Shown: in pieces, positions 1 through 12,918 of the stretch
How positions within the stretch are numbered: position 1 is the stretch's first letter
Layout: every line of letters starts with the position of its first letter
Assembly: GCA_002269645.1 (NCBI GenBank)
Contig: NIVC01001079.1
Span: forward strand, 62,001-126,000
Direction: 5' to 3'
From: Macrostomum lignano
Lineage: Eukaryota
Length of the DNA stretch: 64,000 nt
Translations under genes and position numbers: made by a program
Notes under the pieces: model-generated
What the model was told of the DNA's origin: nothing
Database searches by the model: none
Seen by the model: only the letters and a program-made list of their open reading frames with translations

Positions 1-884
1 AAATAGGAAGAAGCAGACGAGGAGAACAACAACACCAATTCCTCTCTCTCTCTTTTCCTCTCTCTTCAAAAACTGATTAGCAGCGCTTGAAGCATGCAAT
101 ATAAATTTTAGTTAACATAAATTCCAACAACAGGGGCGAAACTTGGACGGGCAGCTGGGCAGCTGGTTTGGCAAAGGAGTGGGCACAAGGTTGAGCAATA
201 GCAGTTTACGCAGAAATTAACGAGGAAAAATAACAAAACAGGAGTGGGGAAACATTGATTCAATAGGTGGGACATATATTGGAGGAACAAAAATTGGGAC
301 AAAGGACAACATCGGGAAAGTGACGAAATAAACAACTATTGAAAAGAAAAATACGCAACATTTCCGGGAGTTGGGGCACGTAATTAATTCTCAGGAACTT
401 AGTAAATTGAACGCGAAAAAAATATTAAAGGAATTGCAAAATCGAAGTGGCAACCCGACTGCCACAATATACTGCAAGATATTTCTATGAACTATACGGT
501 ATAGTATAACAAAAAATACGTTAACGCTAAATAAGAAAGTAAATTTAGGTGTAATGATGTAAAAAGAGATAAAAATGCTGCACATGTACGACGCAGAATA
601 AGAGTTTAGAAGCATAAAAGAAAGTGACATCGTCACACTCACCATGAACTTGCGACCGAGAGAATGCTTGTATTTGTCAAAGTATCAAGTATATATAGAA
701 ATAGAAAGTATGCATCCGTGCGAGGGGCGCTGAGCAATTTGATCGCTGAGCAACATGCTGAGCAACATGCTGATCGCTGAGCAACATACAACGTACATGT
801 ACATGTACATGATTGTGGTTTGGGGATGATTGGGGGTGCGGGGGGAGCATACAATAAAATACAATTACGGCATCTCGATCTCTT

Positions 885-2310
885 TTAATTGGTGAAGCGA
901 TCGATATTCCATCAGCGCAATTTCTGGCTGATCGGCTTCCTCATGATGTTCTTCGCTACTTTCTTTGACTGCCTTCTCAGCCATCGATCCCGTTTGGATT
1001 GCGCGTATCCGGGTGTCGTCCACGAAACCAAACTGTGAAACTTAAACGAGAGAATGGGGGACCATTAGCACTGACCACTTCTTGGATGATCCCGAACCTG
1101 GCGAACATCGACTACTGATTAATGCGAGCAATTATCGACACCGATCAGCTCCAAACGCCATTGACCCACGTTCCCATTGAAGTCCAGCAGATGACAACCA
1201 ACCTTGTTCCATGGTGTATTCAGAATCTGGCTCCTTCGGGTTGGCCGGCTGAAACGTCTGATGCGTGCTGCAGTGCTTCGTGAAGTTCTTAATGTCCGTT
1301 GATATACCATAGCTGCAGCCAGTATAGAATTTGACGATCGAGCTCAGGCCTCCGTCTTGCCCACACCAAGCATGCAAATGACCTTGTGTAAAAGTTGGAT
1401 GCAGAATCTTCTGCCGCAAGGAGGCTGGAACAATAACTCGATCCAACTTCGTCGGTACGCCATCATATATATTGTAAGTCAAGTCCTCTTTGAATCTCCA
1501 ATGGACGGACAGATAACCAACCTGAACAAACCGCGCGAACAGCGCTGGCTACAACATTCAAGTCCGAATATTTGCGGGTCTCGTCTCGGCCGGATTTCCT
1601 GCAAGCGAATGGCAGAAATCGGGAGGCTCAATTGCTCATCTGATGCACCTCCACCTCGATTTCGTCGTCCAGGAGAGCAGCCTCGGCCTCCGAAAGGTAA
1701 GCTCTTGAAAAGCGTAACGGCAATTAGCATCTTAGATTCCGCTGCCAGAATTACACTCGAATTGTATCTTTTGAGCTGTTCAGTATTCGATCAGAGCAAC
1801 GCGTGGCGGAACATGCAGCAAGTCACGCTTAAAAATAACCTCCAAGGGTCTTGTGGTCTGTAGTCACTCGTACTACACTGGAAGGCCAAAAGTAGTCAGG
1901 AAATTTCTTGCAGGCAATATAACAGCAGCCAGCTAGCAGAGTCCTACTCAATTGCTGCTTCTCTTGACAGTCGAAAACACCTATGAGCAGTGCACGAAGA
2001 GGGTCAGTAGTGATGTCCGACGCATTCGGAATGAATCTTTCCCATCCTAGGTAGGTTGCCATTCCAAGCAGCCGCAACCACTAGCTGCTTGCTTATCGCC
2101 TGGAACCGGAAGCTCCAGATCTGGACTGAACGAACACCGTCAGATGAAACCACGTGACCGACATAGTTTACTGAAGAAACACCAACTTTCGGATTCTTGC
2201 GATTAAGCTTTTTAGATTCGACTGACGTGTCTCATTGAGCACACAGCTTGAGAAGCTTTTTATGGTTTCGTCCCCAAACAAGTATATTGTGACGTCTTCC
2301 AATAAGACTA
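885..2310 (-). mobile_element. Decayed Ty3/gypsy-type pol (RT end, RNase H, integrase) with frameshifts
   Basis: Minus-strand fragments in gypsy order. RT: NILVWG (degraded YxDD region), KLNRK..VGHVVSSDGVR. Connection/RNase H: RLLGMATYLG..FIPN, VRVTTDHKTL. Integrase Zn region: RVIVPASLRQKIL, DIKNFTKHCSTHQTFQPANPKEP. Integrase core: PWNKVG, FARFGII.EVVSANGPPF, MAEKAVK, EIALMEYR. Frames are broken and no LTRs were identified. Confidence 0.88.
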
Positions 2311-2778
2311 TAACACAGAAAGCCGCAATTAATTGGGCAAGTAAAAATTAGAAAAGTTCGACAAGCCCGCGCTTATATTTGCATCAGAGCAGAATTACGA
2401 GCGTATTACACGATTCATAATTTCCATAAATATTATTTATTCGCGTAACATTTTATTTACGTAAAATCCTACTTATAGTAGAGTAGTAAGAAAAAATGTA
2501 ATAAAAAACTAAACTTGTTATTTTGTAAAACGGCCCTTTCTATAGGGCCTCTTTGTCACGACACAACACATCATCAACAATTATCTCAGTCCAGCTACTG
2601 AAGATTTTGATTAGCTCACATTGGTAAACTTCCGAGGCATCAATAGTTCCCGGGGGCAGGCAGGTTAACTTTGATTAACGGTACAAAATTACCATTTCCA
2701 TTAATTCGTTCACTATAATCTTACATTGCTACTTGTAATAGAAAGCAATGCAACATACAAAGCTGGTACATAATAATG

Positions 2779-4627
2779 TGTAGCGATGTTATTCCAATGT
2801 ACCTAGTTTCTAGAAGTTTCCTTTCCCCTTCGCGCATTCTATACGAGTAAAATTTCCAAATTAAGTAAAAGAAATTTCTGCATTTTTCTTCGAATTTCCA
2901 TAACAAAATATTTCTACGCGGAACCTTTACATATCTTATAGTTTAATTATTAGCCATATTCTTATTCAACGCATTTATCCGTGTTAGCTACAGTTTACAT
3001 TATAACGTTGTATCTTTGTTATAATTCTAAAGAAATTTCCAGAACACCGTTAATTTTGCTATAAATATACACCAGGCAAACCCAGCTAATAAGCAAGTGT
3101 TTTTCCGGTAATCTCGACTATCGATAATAAATAATTGAACCGCCGCTTTCAAGCCTCATTTATTTTTCAGGCACGCTACAACTGGTCCGGCGAGGCGTCC
3201 AACATTCATCTGAGTCCCCAGTAAGGGGCTACGCTGGCGAAGCATGGATGAAGCGCGTACGTGTGTGTAAATACCGCTGTAAATACTGCCTGTAAGTAGC
3301 ATAACGCCATCATCGACATCGCCATCAACGCCATGCTTCATCATCGTCGTCTGCACGCGGCCGTCGTCCAACTACTGTCTCTGCCGAAGTCATCATATAC
3401 GAAACCTAATTCTGCAAACGCTGTACCGAAGTTGGCACGGATCTCAATCGACGACCGCCAGAAAATGCCTACACGGGTTATTACCAGGCCGTTCGATAGA
3501 GTCTTCCGTGAGCCCCACCAAATTCTACGCCAAAATAAGCCGAAATATCATCAGTCAACCAAGCTGCTATTGACCAAGGAACGCGCGGCTGAAACCTTCG
3601 GCGATCGTCTTTCTATGACACCTTCCACGAGGTGATCGACATCCCGAGGGGCAACCCAGCCTGTCAATCGGTTCGCCTTGTGCGCTCCATCAGCCATGCC
3701 CAGCAATATTCAGCGACTGCCCGCCGTCGTCCTCATATTAGTCTCGGGAGTCTGCCTGCAATTCGAAAGGTCGTCCTGCCTGACGATCCGTCGTCCTGGA
3801 GCGTGGCTGAGCGTGCCACAAGCATCCCAAGTTCTCCTACCAGAAGCGCGTTGCGTGTTCACCTGCTACGAGATGCCTACCGAAGCAGAGCGACAGCCCG
3901 CCTCGACTCACGGTGCACCGATCTTGTTCCGGGTGTCGTCTGTCTGCATCCTGGCACATTCCGTCTATGTACATTGCTATTCGGCCAACCGGGGGCATCG
4001 CAGTAAGGTCTGATTTGCGAAATGACTAATTAATCAAGCAGCTTGACTTCACCAGAAATAACGTTTCACTTATTATTGAATATGTACATCATCGCCCCTA
4101 TGCTGTAACAGTTTGAAATCTGCATGTACAAACGTACATGTCCACGCCCCCCCAATTCATCATCTAATGTATATCACTTTTTCCTGTACTTCTCCAGGTG
4201 ACTCCGTCTCCGGCGGGGGAACTGTTGTAGCGATGTTATTCCAATGTACCTAGTTTCTAGAAGTTTCCTTTCCCCTTCGCGCATTCTATACGAGTAAAAT
4301 TTCCAAATTAAGTAAAAGAAATTTCTGCATTTTTCTTCGAATTTCCATAACAAAATATTTCTACGCGGAACCTTTACATATCTTATAGTTTAATTATTAG
4401 CCATATTCTTATTCAACGCATTTATCCGTATTAGCTACAGTTTACATTATAACGTTGTATCTTTGTTATAATTCTAAGGAAATTTCCAGAACACCGTTAA
4501 TTTTGCTATAAATATACACCAGGCAAACCCAGCTAATAAGCAAGTGTTTTTCCGGTAATCTCGACTATCGATAATAAATAATTGAACCGCCGCTTTCAAG
4601 CCTCATTTATTTTTCAGACACGCTACA
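2779..4627 (+). mobile_element. Short non-autonomous LTR retroelement (TRIM-like or internally deleted gypsy)
   Basis: LTRs at 2779-3180 and 4226-4627 (402 bp each, about 3 mismatches by eye). Termini TGTAGCG...CGCTACA. 4-bp TSD AATG at 2775-2778 and 4628-4631. Candidate PBS TGGTCCGGCGAGG just after the 5' LTR and G-rich PPT (GGCGGGGGAA) before the 3' LTR. The 1045-bp internal region has no long ORF. Confidence 0.92.
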
Positions 4628-4850
4628 AATGTGTTTCTGATTTATCAAACAAAAAAATCCACTAACAAAACTCCTAGAGTAAACACAACACTCTACAGTT
4701 ACATAGTAAGTTCTGCAGCTGTGCAAACTTTGGGTAGGTAAAAAATCCAATAATGAAGAATAAGAAATGCTTCGTTGGATCCCAGGGATTTGCGATTTAT
4801 ATATATACACAGAATCTGCGCTACATACACGTATATAAGTTAACTGACGT

Positions 4851-5780
4851 CCTACCCCTGATCTGTCTCACTCTACCCCTGATCTGTCTCACTCTACCCC
4901 TGATCTGTCTCACTCTACCCCTGATCTGTCTCACTCAACCCCTAATCTGTCCCACTCTACCGTTGATCTGTCTCACTCTACCCCTGATCTGTCTCACTCT
5001 ACCCCTGATCTGTCTCACTCTACCCCTGATCTGTCTCACTCTACCGTTGATCTGTCTCACTCTATACCCCTGATCTGTCTCACTCTACCCCTGATCTTTC
5101 TCACTCTATACCCCTGATCTGTCTCACTCTATACCCCTGATCTGTCTCACTCTACCCCTGATCTGTCTCACTCTACCCTTGATCTGTCTCACTCTACCCC
5201 TGATCTGCCTCACTCTACCCCTGATCTGTCTCACTCTACCCCTGATCTGTCTCACTCTACCCCTGATCTGTCTCACTCTACCCCTGATCTGTCTCACTCT
5301 GCCCATGATCTGTCTCACTCTACCCTTGATCTGTCTCACTCTACCCTTGATCTGTCTCACTCTACCCTTGATCTGTCTCACTCTACCGTTGATCTGTCTC
5401 ACTCTATAACCCTGATCTGTCTCATTCTGCCCCTGATCTGTCTCACTCTACCCTTGATCTGTCTCATTCTGCCCCTGATCTGTCTCACTCTACCCCTGAT
5501 CTGTCTCACTCTACCCTTGATCTGTCTCACTCTACCCTTGATCTGTCTCACTCTACCCCTGATCTGTCTCACTCTACCCTTGATCTGTCTCACTCTACCC
5601 CTGATCTGTCTCACTCTACCCTTGATCTGTCTCACTCTGCCCATGATCTGTCTCACTCTACCCTTGATCTGTCTCACTCTACCCCTGATCTGTCTCACTC
5701 TACCCTTGATCTGTCTCACTCTACCCCTGATCTGTCTCACTCTACCCTTGATTTGTCTCATTCTGCCCCTGATCTGTCTC
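4851..5780. repeat. 21-bp minisatellite (CTACCCCTGATCTGTCTCACT)
   Basis: Direct tandem copies. It explains the LPLICLT and RVRQIRG ORFs. Confidence 0.95.
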
Positions 5781-6192
5781 TGTCTCTACTCTCACCCACA
5801 TGCACTCGCCGCTTACTTTTTGCACTCGCGTTTTCCTTTATCTTTCTAGGAACTCATTTCTGTTGACTAAACCTGCAGTCAATTGGTGCTGCCCACACGC
5901 TCAGTCAAAGCGGCATGGTGTATCGAAAATTCTCACAGGGGTAGAGTTTTTGTATCTGAAGCAGATCTGCAAAAGAAGATACGAACACCTACCTAGCTTC
6001 TGCTTTGATACACAAAGCGCTGAAAACTTCAACAGTAAATCGATCATCTCAGCCCTGTTAATTTTGAATCGAAGCACAGCGCAGATTGACGTCTTTGACT
6101 TGTACATGTAGCGTTGTCAGTGCTTATTGAAGCTGAAAATAAAATATAGAAACAACTTTTTAGGTTGACTGCTTGGGAGTTACTAACGCCTC

Positions 6193-6839
6193 ACAGCATC
6201 TCTACAGCATCACTACAGCACCTCTACAGCACCTCTACACGCCCCTACAGAACCTTTACAGCACTTTTACAGCACCTTTACAGCACCTCCACACAGAACC
6301 TTTACAGCATCTCTACAAAACCTTTACAGCACCCTTAGAGAACCTCTAAAGCACCTTTACAGCACCTCTAAAGCACCTTTACAGCACCTTTACAGCACCT
6401 CTACAGCACCTTTACAGCACCTCTACAGCACCTCTACAGCACCTCTACACGCCCCTACAGAACCTTTACAGCACCTCTACAGCACCTCTACAGCACCTTT
6501 ACAGCACCTCTACAGCACCTCTACAGCACCTCTACAGCACCTTTATAGCACCTCTACAGCACCTCTACACGCCCCTACAGAACCTCTACAGCACCATTAC
6601 AGCACCTCCACACAGAACCTTTACAGCACCCTTACAAAACCTCTACAGCACCTCTACAGCACCTTTACAGCACCTCTACAGCACCTTTACAGCACCTCTA
6701 CAAACCTTCCTCTACAAACATTTACAGCACCTCTACAGCACCTCTCTGCAGCACTCCTAGAGAACCTTTACAGCACCCTAGAGAACCTTTACAGCACCCC
6801 TAGAGAACCTTTACAGCACCTCTATAGCACCTCTATAGC
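6193..6839. repeat. 11-bp minisatellite (ACAGCACCTYT)
   Basis: Direct tandem copies, degenerate. Confidence 0.92.
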
Positions 6840-7492
6840 GCATCCCAAACTCCCAAATGCATTCCCTGGCACCCCTATGACGCTTTCACAACAGATCAGC
6901 AATTGCACCTCCTCAACACTGATGCGGTGAAATCAGGTAATATTTTATTTTTATATTAAAATCAGGCCATCTAAAAAATTAAATTGTTTTGCAGCAAAAA
7001 TATAATTTGAAACACGAGCGCCACTTTGCTCCGGAAAATGTTGATTTTCAACATTTCTAGAAGTCCAATAGAAGTCAATTTGGTTTATTAAAATTCTGGT
7101 TGAACAAGCACAAAGTCTTGCATCAATAAGATTGAATAGGTCATAATTTATTGTTTTGGATGGTCAGAAATATCTTTATTGCTTATTTATAGCTTGGCAG
7201 AAACCTTCCGACCCATGGAGTCTCCACAAAAAATACACTTTATTGCATTTTGTCTTCTGGTGTAATAATATAAAGATAAATTTCAAAATAAATTGAAGCA
7301 TAATATCATTCAAATTTTGACGGGTTATGACATACGGGCTGAAAAAAATCTAATAAATCCGATCTGTAGCTAGCGGATGCTCCCGAAATTTGCTTTGTTA
7401 AAATCGTGTCTTTCTAAAAACGAGCATCAGACTTTTTTGTCAAGCGCTCGGCTGTGTTGCTTCTCGTCTCGGTTCAACCAGCTGTCAAGTTA

Positions 7493-7971
7493 TTAGAGAC
7501 CATTGTTCACGTGATGGCAGATCACTGCGCACCGACGCATGACGCATCGATAGCTCAGGCTGTTGTGCCGCCTGGCGCAGTCCCTGTTGGTGAAGCATTG
7601 GACACGAAGCACGTAGCAGTCACCGTTAGAGTGAAACAAAAATCGCTTGTTGATGGCAGGGCCCTGCTGCTGCGGCTGGTTCTCCGACTGCTGCAGGTTG
7701 CGGGCTCTGGGGTCAATGCTGAGCCACTCGAGTGCTGGGTTGGGGTCCTCGTCCACTGCGCGGTTGGTTGGTTGGTTGGTTGGTTGGTTGGTTGGTTGGT
7801 TGGTTGGTTGGTTGGTTGGTTGGTTGGTTGGTTGGTTGGTTGGTTGGTTGGTTGGTTGGTTGGTTGGTACAAAGACTTACCCAGTCCGACGTGAAAGCCG
7901 CCAACAAAGACTATTGGGCCAATGCCAGCTACTAGAATCGCAAGCAGAGCAGTTCTCAGTTGAGTGTGCAT
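7493..7971 (-). CDS. Secreted cysteine-rich peptide precursor, 117 aa, 2 exons
   Basis: Exon 1 7971-7881 ([30 protein letters not shown], donor G|GTAAGT). Intron 7880-7756. Exon 2 7755-7493 (acceptor CGCAG|), in frame. Hydrophobic N-terminus, acidic/Gln-rich spacer, KR, then a 49-aa peptide with 6 Cys and a stop. Confidence 0.8.
7762..7867. repeat. (TTGG)n microsatellite filling the peptide-gene intron
   Basis: Perfect tetranucleotide run. Confidence 0.97.
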
Positions 7972-8241
7972 GTTAAAAACTAATAATTCTATCTAAGGCT
8001 GTAGGTCCTGCCGCATTGAACTAGTCAGTGATTTGCATTGGCCCCCTGCTCATCCTTATTTAACCATTCGCTATGTGGAATTTTCCCTCTTGATTCGGAG
8101 GTGCAACCTGATTGGCTGGCAGCAAGCTGGGGCTTGCGTTGTCTCATGTCTTCTATTGGATCAGAAATTGTGAAGCATGAATTCTTTTGGATAGTTAATA
8201 AGGTAAAGAAAGAAAAATGTTAGATTGGTGCGAACTATTTC

Positions 8242-8610
8242 AGATGCACAGGGGATCAGATAGATGCACAGGGGATCAGATAGATGCACAGGGGATCAGA
8301 TAGATGCACAGGGGATCAGATAGATGCACAGGGGATCAGATAGATGCACAGGGGATCAGATAGATGCACAGGGGATCAGATAGATGCACAGGGGATCAGA
8401 TAGATGCACAGGGGATCAGATAGATGCACAGGGGATCAGATAGATGCACAGGGGATCAGATAGATGCACAGGGGATCAGATAGATGCACAGGGGATCAGA
8501 TAGATGCACAGGGGATCAGATAGATGCACAGGGGATCAGATAGATGCACAGGGGATCAGATAGATGCACAGGAGATCAGATAGATGCACAGGGATCAGAT
8601 AGATGCACAG
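8242..8610. repeat. 20-bp minisatellite (GATAGATGCACAGGGGATCA)
   Basis: Near-perfect tandem copies. Confidence 0.96.
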
Positions 8611-9277
8611 GAGACGATATAGATGTATATGAGATTCGATAGAAGGATAGGAAGACTTACAGACAGGCAAGTTTAAGTACAAGTCAACATTTAAAAAATA
8701 TCAACATCATGGACAACCTCCTACCCCATACAGCCTCCCACTCTTCATCGGAGCCGATTCCAAAGGATGTCCAAAATAAGGGTTAAAGATTTTTCTGCTG
8801 GCAGGACTGGGCCCACACTCACTTGAGTTGAAGAGAACCAAAGACTATTGGTGAGTATAAGACAAAATTTTCAAGCAAACAGCCCTGCTGGATAATGTCG
8901 GCTTGCATGCGGGCTGCATGTGTTTATGGATAGCAAGGGGGCTGGAGGGCGAGGCGGTGGGGATCGATCTGAGGCGGATCGGGTAGCTATTAGTTAATTG
9001 ACAAATTTTAGATAAACAGACTGGCTAGTTTGTTTTTGGCGTCAATGCTGGTATTTTTTATGCTTGTGTAAACAGAAGAGAAATGTCATACGTTATAGGT
9101 AGGAATTAGGGAAGGGTAAAGACAGGTAGCAAGAGAGGGGAGACACAGGTAAGAGAGGGGAGAGACAGGTAAAGAGGGGATAGACAGGTAAGAGAGGGGA
9201 GAGACAGGTAAAACAGGGGACAGAGTAAGAGAGGGAAGAGGAGAGACAGGTGATAGAGGAGAGAGAAATGGGTGATG

Positions 9278-9566
<289 letters not shown>

Positions 9567-12201
9567 GGCGGTGAACTGTAGCGGTGCTAACAAAACATCA
9601 ATCAGTGGTTAATCGCTATTTATTGCAATAACAAGCAATATCCGGTGAGCAGTGGGTCTAATGCAATCGCCGGGGCGCACCGCACAGTCAGAGGCCTATA
9701 GGCATCGGACGTACACAAAATGCCCAGCTGACCATCAGCCAGTCAGCTGTGCTGCGGGCTACGCAGATTTGCTATACAAGTAGCTGAGTGGGCGGACTCA
9801 CTCGATCGAGGTCGCGACCCCTCGAGGCGGCAATCGAGCATCGAGGCTTTATTTTGACCCGCGCAAACCGCAAGGCGTCCCCGATGCAAGAAATTATTGT
9901 GTATTGTATAATAATTTTACAGGCTGAGAGGTCAATGAGTATATAGTAAGTTGTTTTTGCTTCTGACTTGGAATGTATAAAAATAGCAACTGCCTTATTT
10001 GGCTTCGGTTGAAAGGGCTGATTCATGCTAGTATTTACGGGTATTGATGGTCAGCGCTACTTCGATTCCTAATCCAAAATTGAGTAAACTATATATGTAG
10101 TGTTCCATTATAGATGCCTTCTCTGGGTTCTGGCGCCCCTGGTGCTGGCGCCCCTGGTGGTGCTGGTGCTGAAGCCGCCCCTGGTGCTGGCACTGACCCA
10201 ATTAAAGTATCGCTCCTCAAGATTCCTCAGTAATAAGAATTCATGGCCCTATACACCACTCTGTACATACATTGTACGAGCTGCATGCACTTAGAGGTTT
10301 CTATACAGTATGTGCATGTACGAGTATTTTCAACGCCAATCTTGCGAAGTCAATTTCATATATTGATGTTGATTGATATTGATGTTTTGAAACTGATATG
10401 TCTCATCAGTTTCAAAAGCCAAAAAACTGTGGCACAACCATGTAACACATAGTACATGTTGCTGTACATGTGAGGACATATCGCCGCTGTTCTAAGTAAG
10501 TATTTTTTAAATGATGACGTTATCGATCCTAACATCAACTTTAACAGCGGAAAAATTCGCAGCTACAATGTACATGCTGCATGTTACATGTAGTACCAAA
10601 GTTCAATTAAGATAGTTTCGCTGCATGTTTGACAATATGGCTGCAGTGAGATCTGGAAAATTCAAAGGCTTTTTCCTGGATTTTCCATGAATTTTCCATG
10701 GATTTTCTTTATCGTATATTCCCTTAATCACGATGCTTTCAAAGCGCTGAAAACCTACGGGTGATATGGATGCAGCAGTGCGGAAAACTGTTGTGTACAT
10801 GTATGGCTTACTGCTGCTGCTGGGATCAGGATCAAAATTCACAAGCGCTCGTGTCAGCTTGGTAGGCAGTGGATGAAGCACCAAGCAGTCAAGCCTTTTC
10901 GATTGCGTGCAGCAGCGTATGCAGCAGATGCAACGGCAGCACTCCCACCTTGCATGCATGTACATGTAAATACAAGTACTAGTTTGCGACTAATTGTTTC
11001 GATTCATGTCTTTTAGTTGATAGAGTGAAAAGGCGTCTGCCTCGCGTAGAATGCAAAAAAGTTTTTGTAGATTAATGTTTTTTGGCTTATTGTCTGCTTG
11101 AATGTTCAAAATATTGGACTACATTTTGATGTACATCCAATATACTAAATACTAAACTAAATGTACAGGGCCGTAAATTATTCAAAATACGTCACCTTAT
11201 ATTTTTGTATAAAAATTATCTAAATATATAATTATCTAAAATTATTTAAATAATTTTTTAGCTTTTTGATTTTATTTTTTTATAGTTTTTTTAGCTTAAC
11301 CGTTTGAATTTTTTTTATTGCTTTGTTTTATTTTGCAATAGTTTATCATAGCAGTGTGCAAGATTTTAAAAAGGGAATATTTTAGAGTTTCAAATTATTA
11401 GATAATTTACTATGAATTTACTATGCCTATAGATTTTTATACTTTTTTTAGACCAATAGGCTGTATATTGATTTTATATTTAAGTAGAATATTTATTTAT
11501 TTCATAAATACTTATATTTTTATTACTACAAATTGTTATTTTTAATAGTAATTATTATTATTGAAATTTACCTATCCTCTAAATAAGGCTTTTGATCCAA
11601 TACTATTTTATAAAAATAATTGCTAAGCTAATTTGAAGCTAGAGGCAAAGGTTTATCATGTAAATGTTAAAACCATGTTATGAAATTTATTATTATGAAA
11701 TATATTTAGTAGAATGATAGTTTGTGATTTGTATTAAATTTACCTTTTTTTGAACCACTCAAATTTTATTTAGATTAATTGCTTTACCACAGTTTAATTT
11801 GTATATGTTCAACTAGGCCTATTTAGTTTCTAAGAAGCAAAGCACAATGAGGTTGTACTATAAAGCTGTTATAGCATAAGTTCAATTGTATGTCAAAACT
11901 TTTACACTGCCAAGATAGGAGCAAGAATGATCTTATCTTAGCTCATACAATGGCTTTATACAATGGGCCCAATATTTTTCAAATCTAGTTTTTAAGAAAT
12001 ACAGGATGTTTTGGTACCTAGTTTCTAAGAATTGCATGTGCTGTCTAAATTTATATTTTTTAAAGAAACGATTTGTAGCTGTAATGAGAATGCACATTTT
12101 AAAATTTCAAAATCGCTACTGTAATGAGAACATCCATTTGACAGTTCAAGGACTCTACAAGGCCTAAAAGTACACTGCACAGTAGTAGCACACTGACTGC
12201 G

Positions 12202-12882
12202 ATGCCTTCATCAGGCAACGGCGGCAGTTCTAGCGGCAGTTTACATCATCGGAAAAGGAAAAGCAGACGGCACAGCGGTGGCAGCGGCTCGGCTGCCCCC
12301 AAGGTTTGCCCCGTGTGCGAGACCCTCCTCCCAGCTGACAGCCGTCACCGCCAGCCGGAGGACCACATCCTTGACCTGCTCCGCTCTGTGTTCACCCGCG
12401 GTGCCAGCCAATCATTTTACCATCATGCTCTGCAAATTCACTGGGATTCATTTTTCATGGCCATGCCGGCAGACTTCCCCTTACCCTACTGCCGGCTCTG
12501 CTGCATGCACTTTCCCGGCTTTGTGCCGTTCGCGCACCACCTGTGCCAGCGAGCCAGCCTGATTGTGGACACCAAAACTGACCGACTGCACACTGAACTG
12601 CTGGGCCATTTTGTAGTGTTTCTAGCCGGAGTTGGCAACCCAGCGCTGGATCTGCGCCTGCAGGCTGAGAGAGCCGGCGAGTTCCTGTGCCGCCGCTGCC
12701 AGCCGGGCATCGAGAAGCTGCAACTGAAATCTGGCGCAGCCAGTGCTGCAGCCAAGGCGGCTGCCGCTGCCAACCGGTCTGCCGCTACCGCCGCCACCGC
12801 GGTGACCTCTTCGTCTGATTTTGCTGTCAAACTGGAGCCCACCGGCACCCCGTCCGTGCTGCTGCCGCCACCTGCCCAGCCT

Positions 12883-12918
<36 letters not shown>

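Noticed and set aside
5800-6111. Short ORFs with possible splice signals
   Set aside because: No recognisable domain and no consistent exon chain.
8834-8920. Possible paralogous signal exon on the minus strand (MQADIIQQG...SPIVFGSLQL|GTGAGT) sharing CCAATAGTCTTTG with the peptide gene
   Set aside because: The match is only 13 nt, the intron phase differs, the N-terminus is weakly hydrophobic and no Cys-rich second exon was found.
10100-10965. Ala/Gly/Pro-rich and Cys-rich short ORFs
   Set aside because: Low-complexity sequence with no supported start, splice chain or homology.
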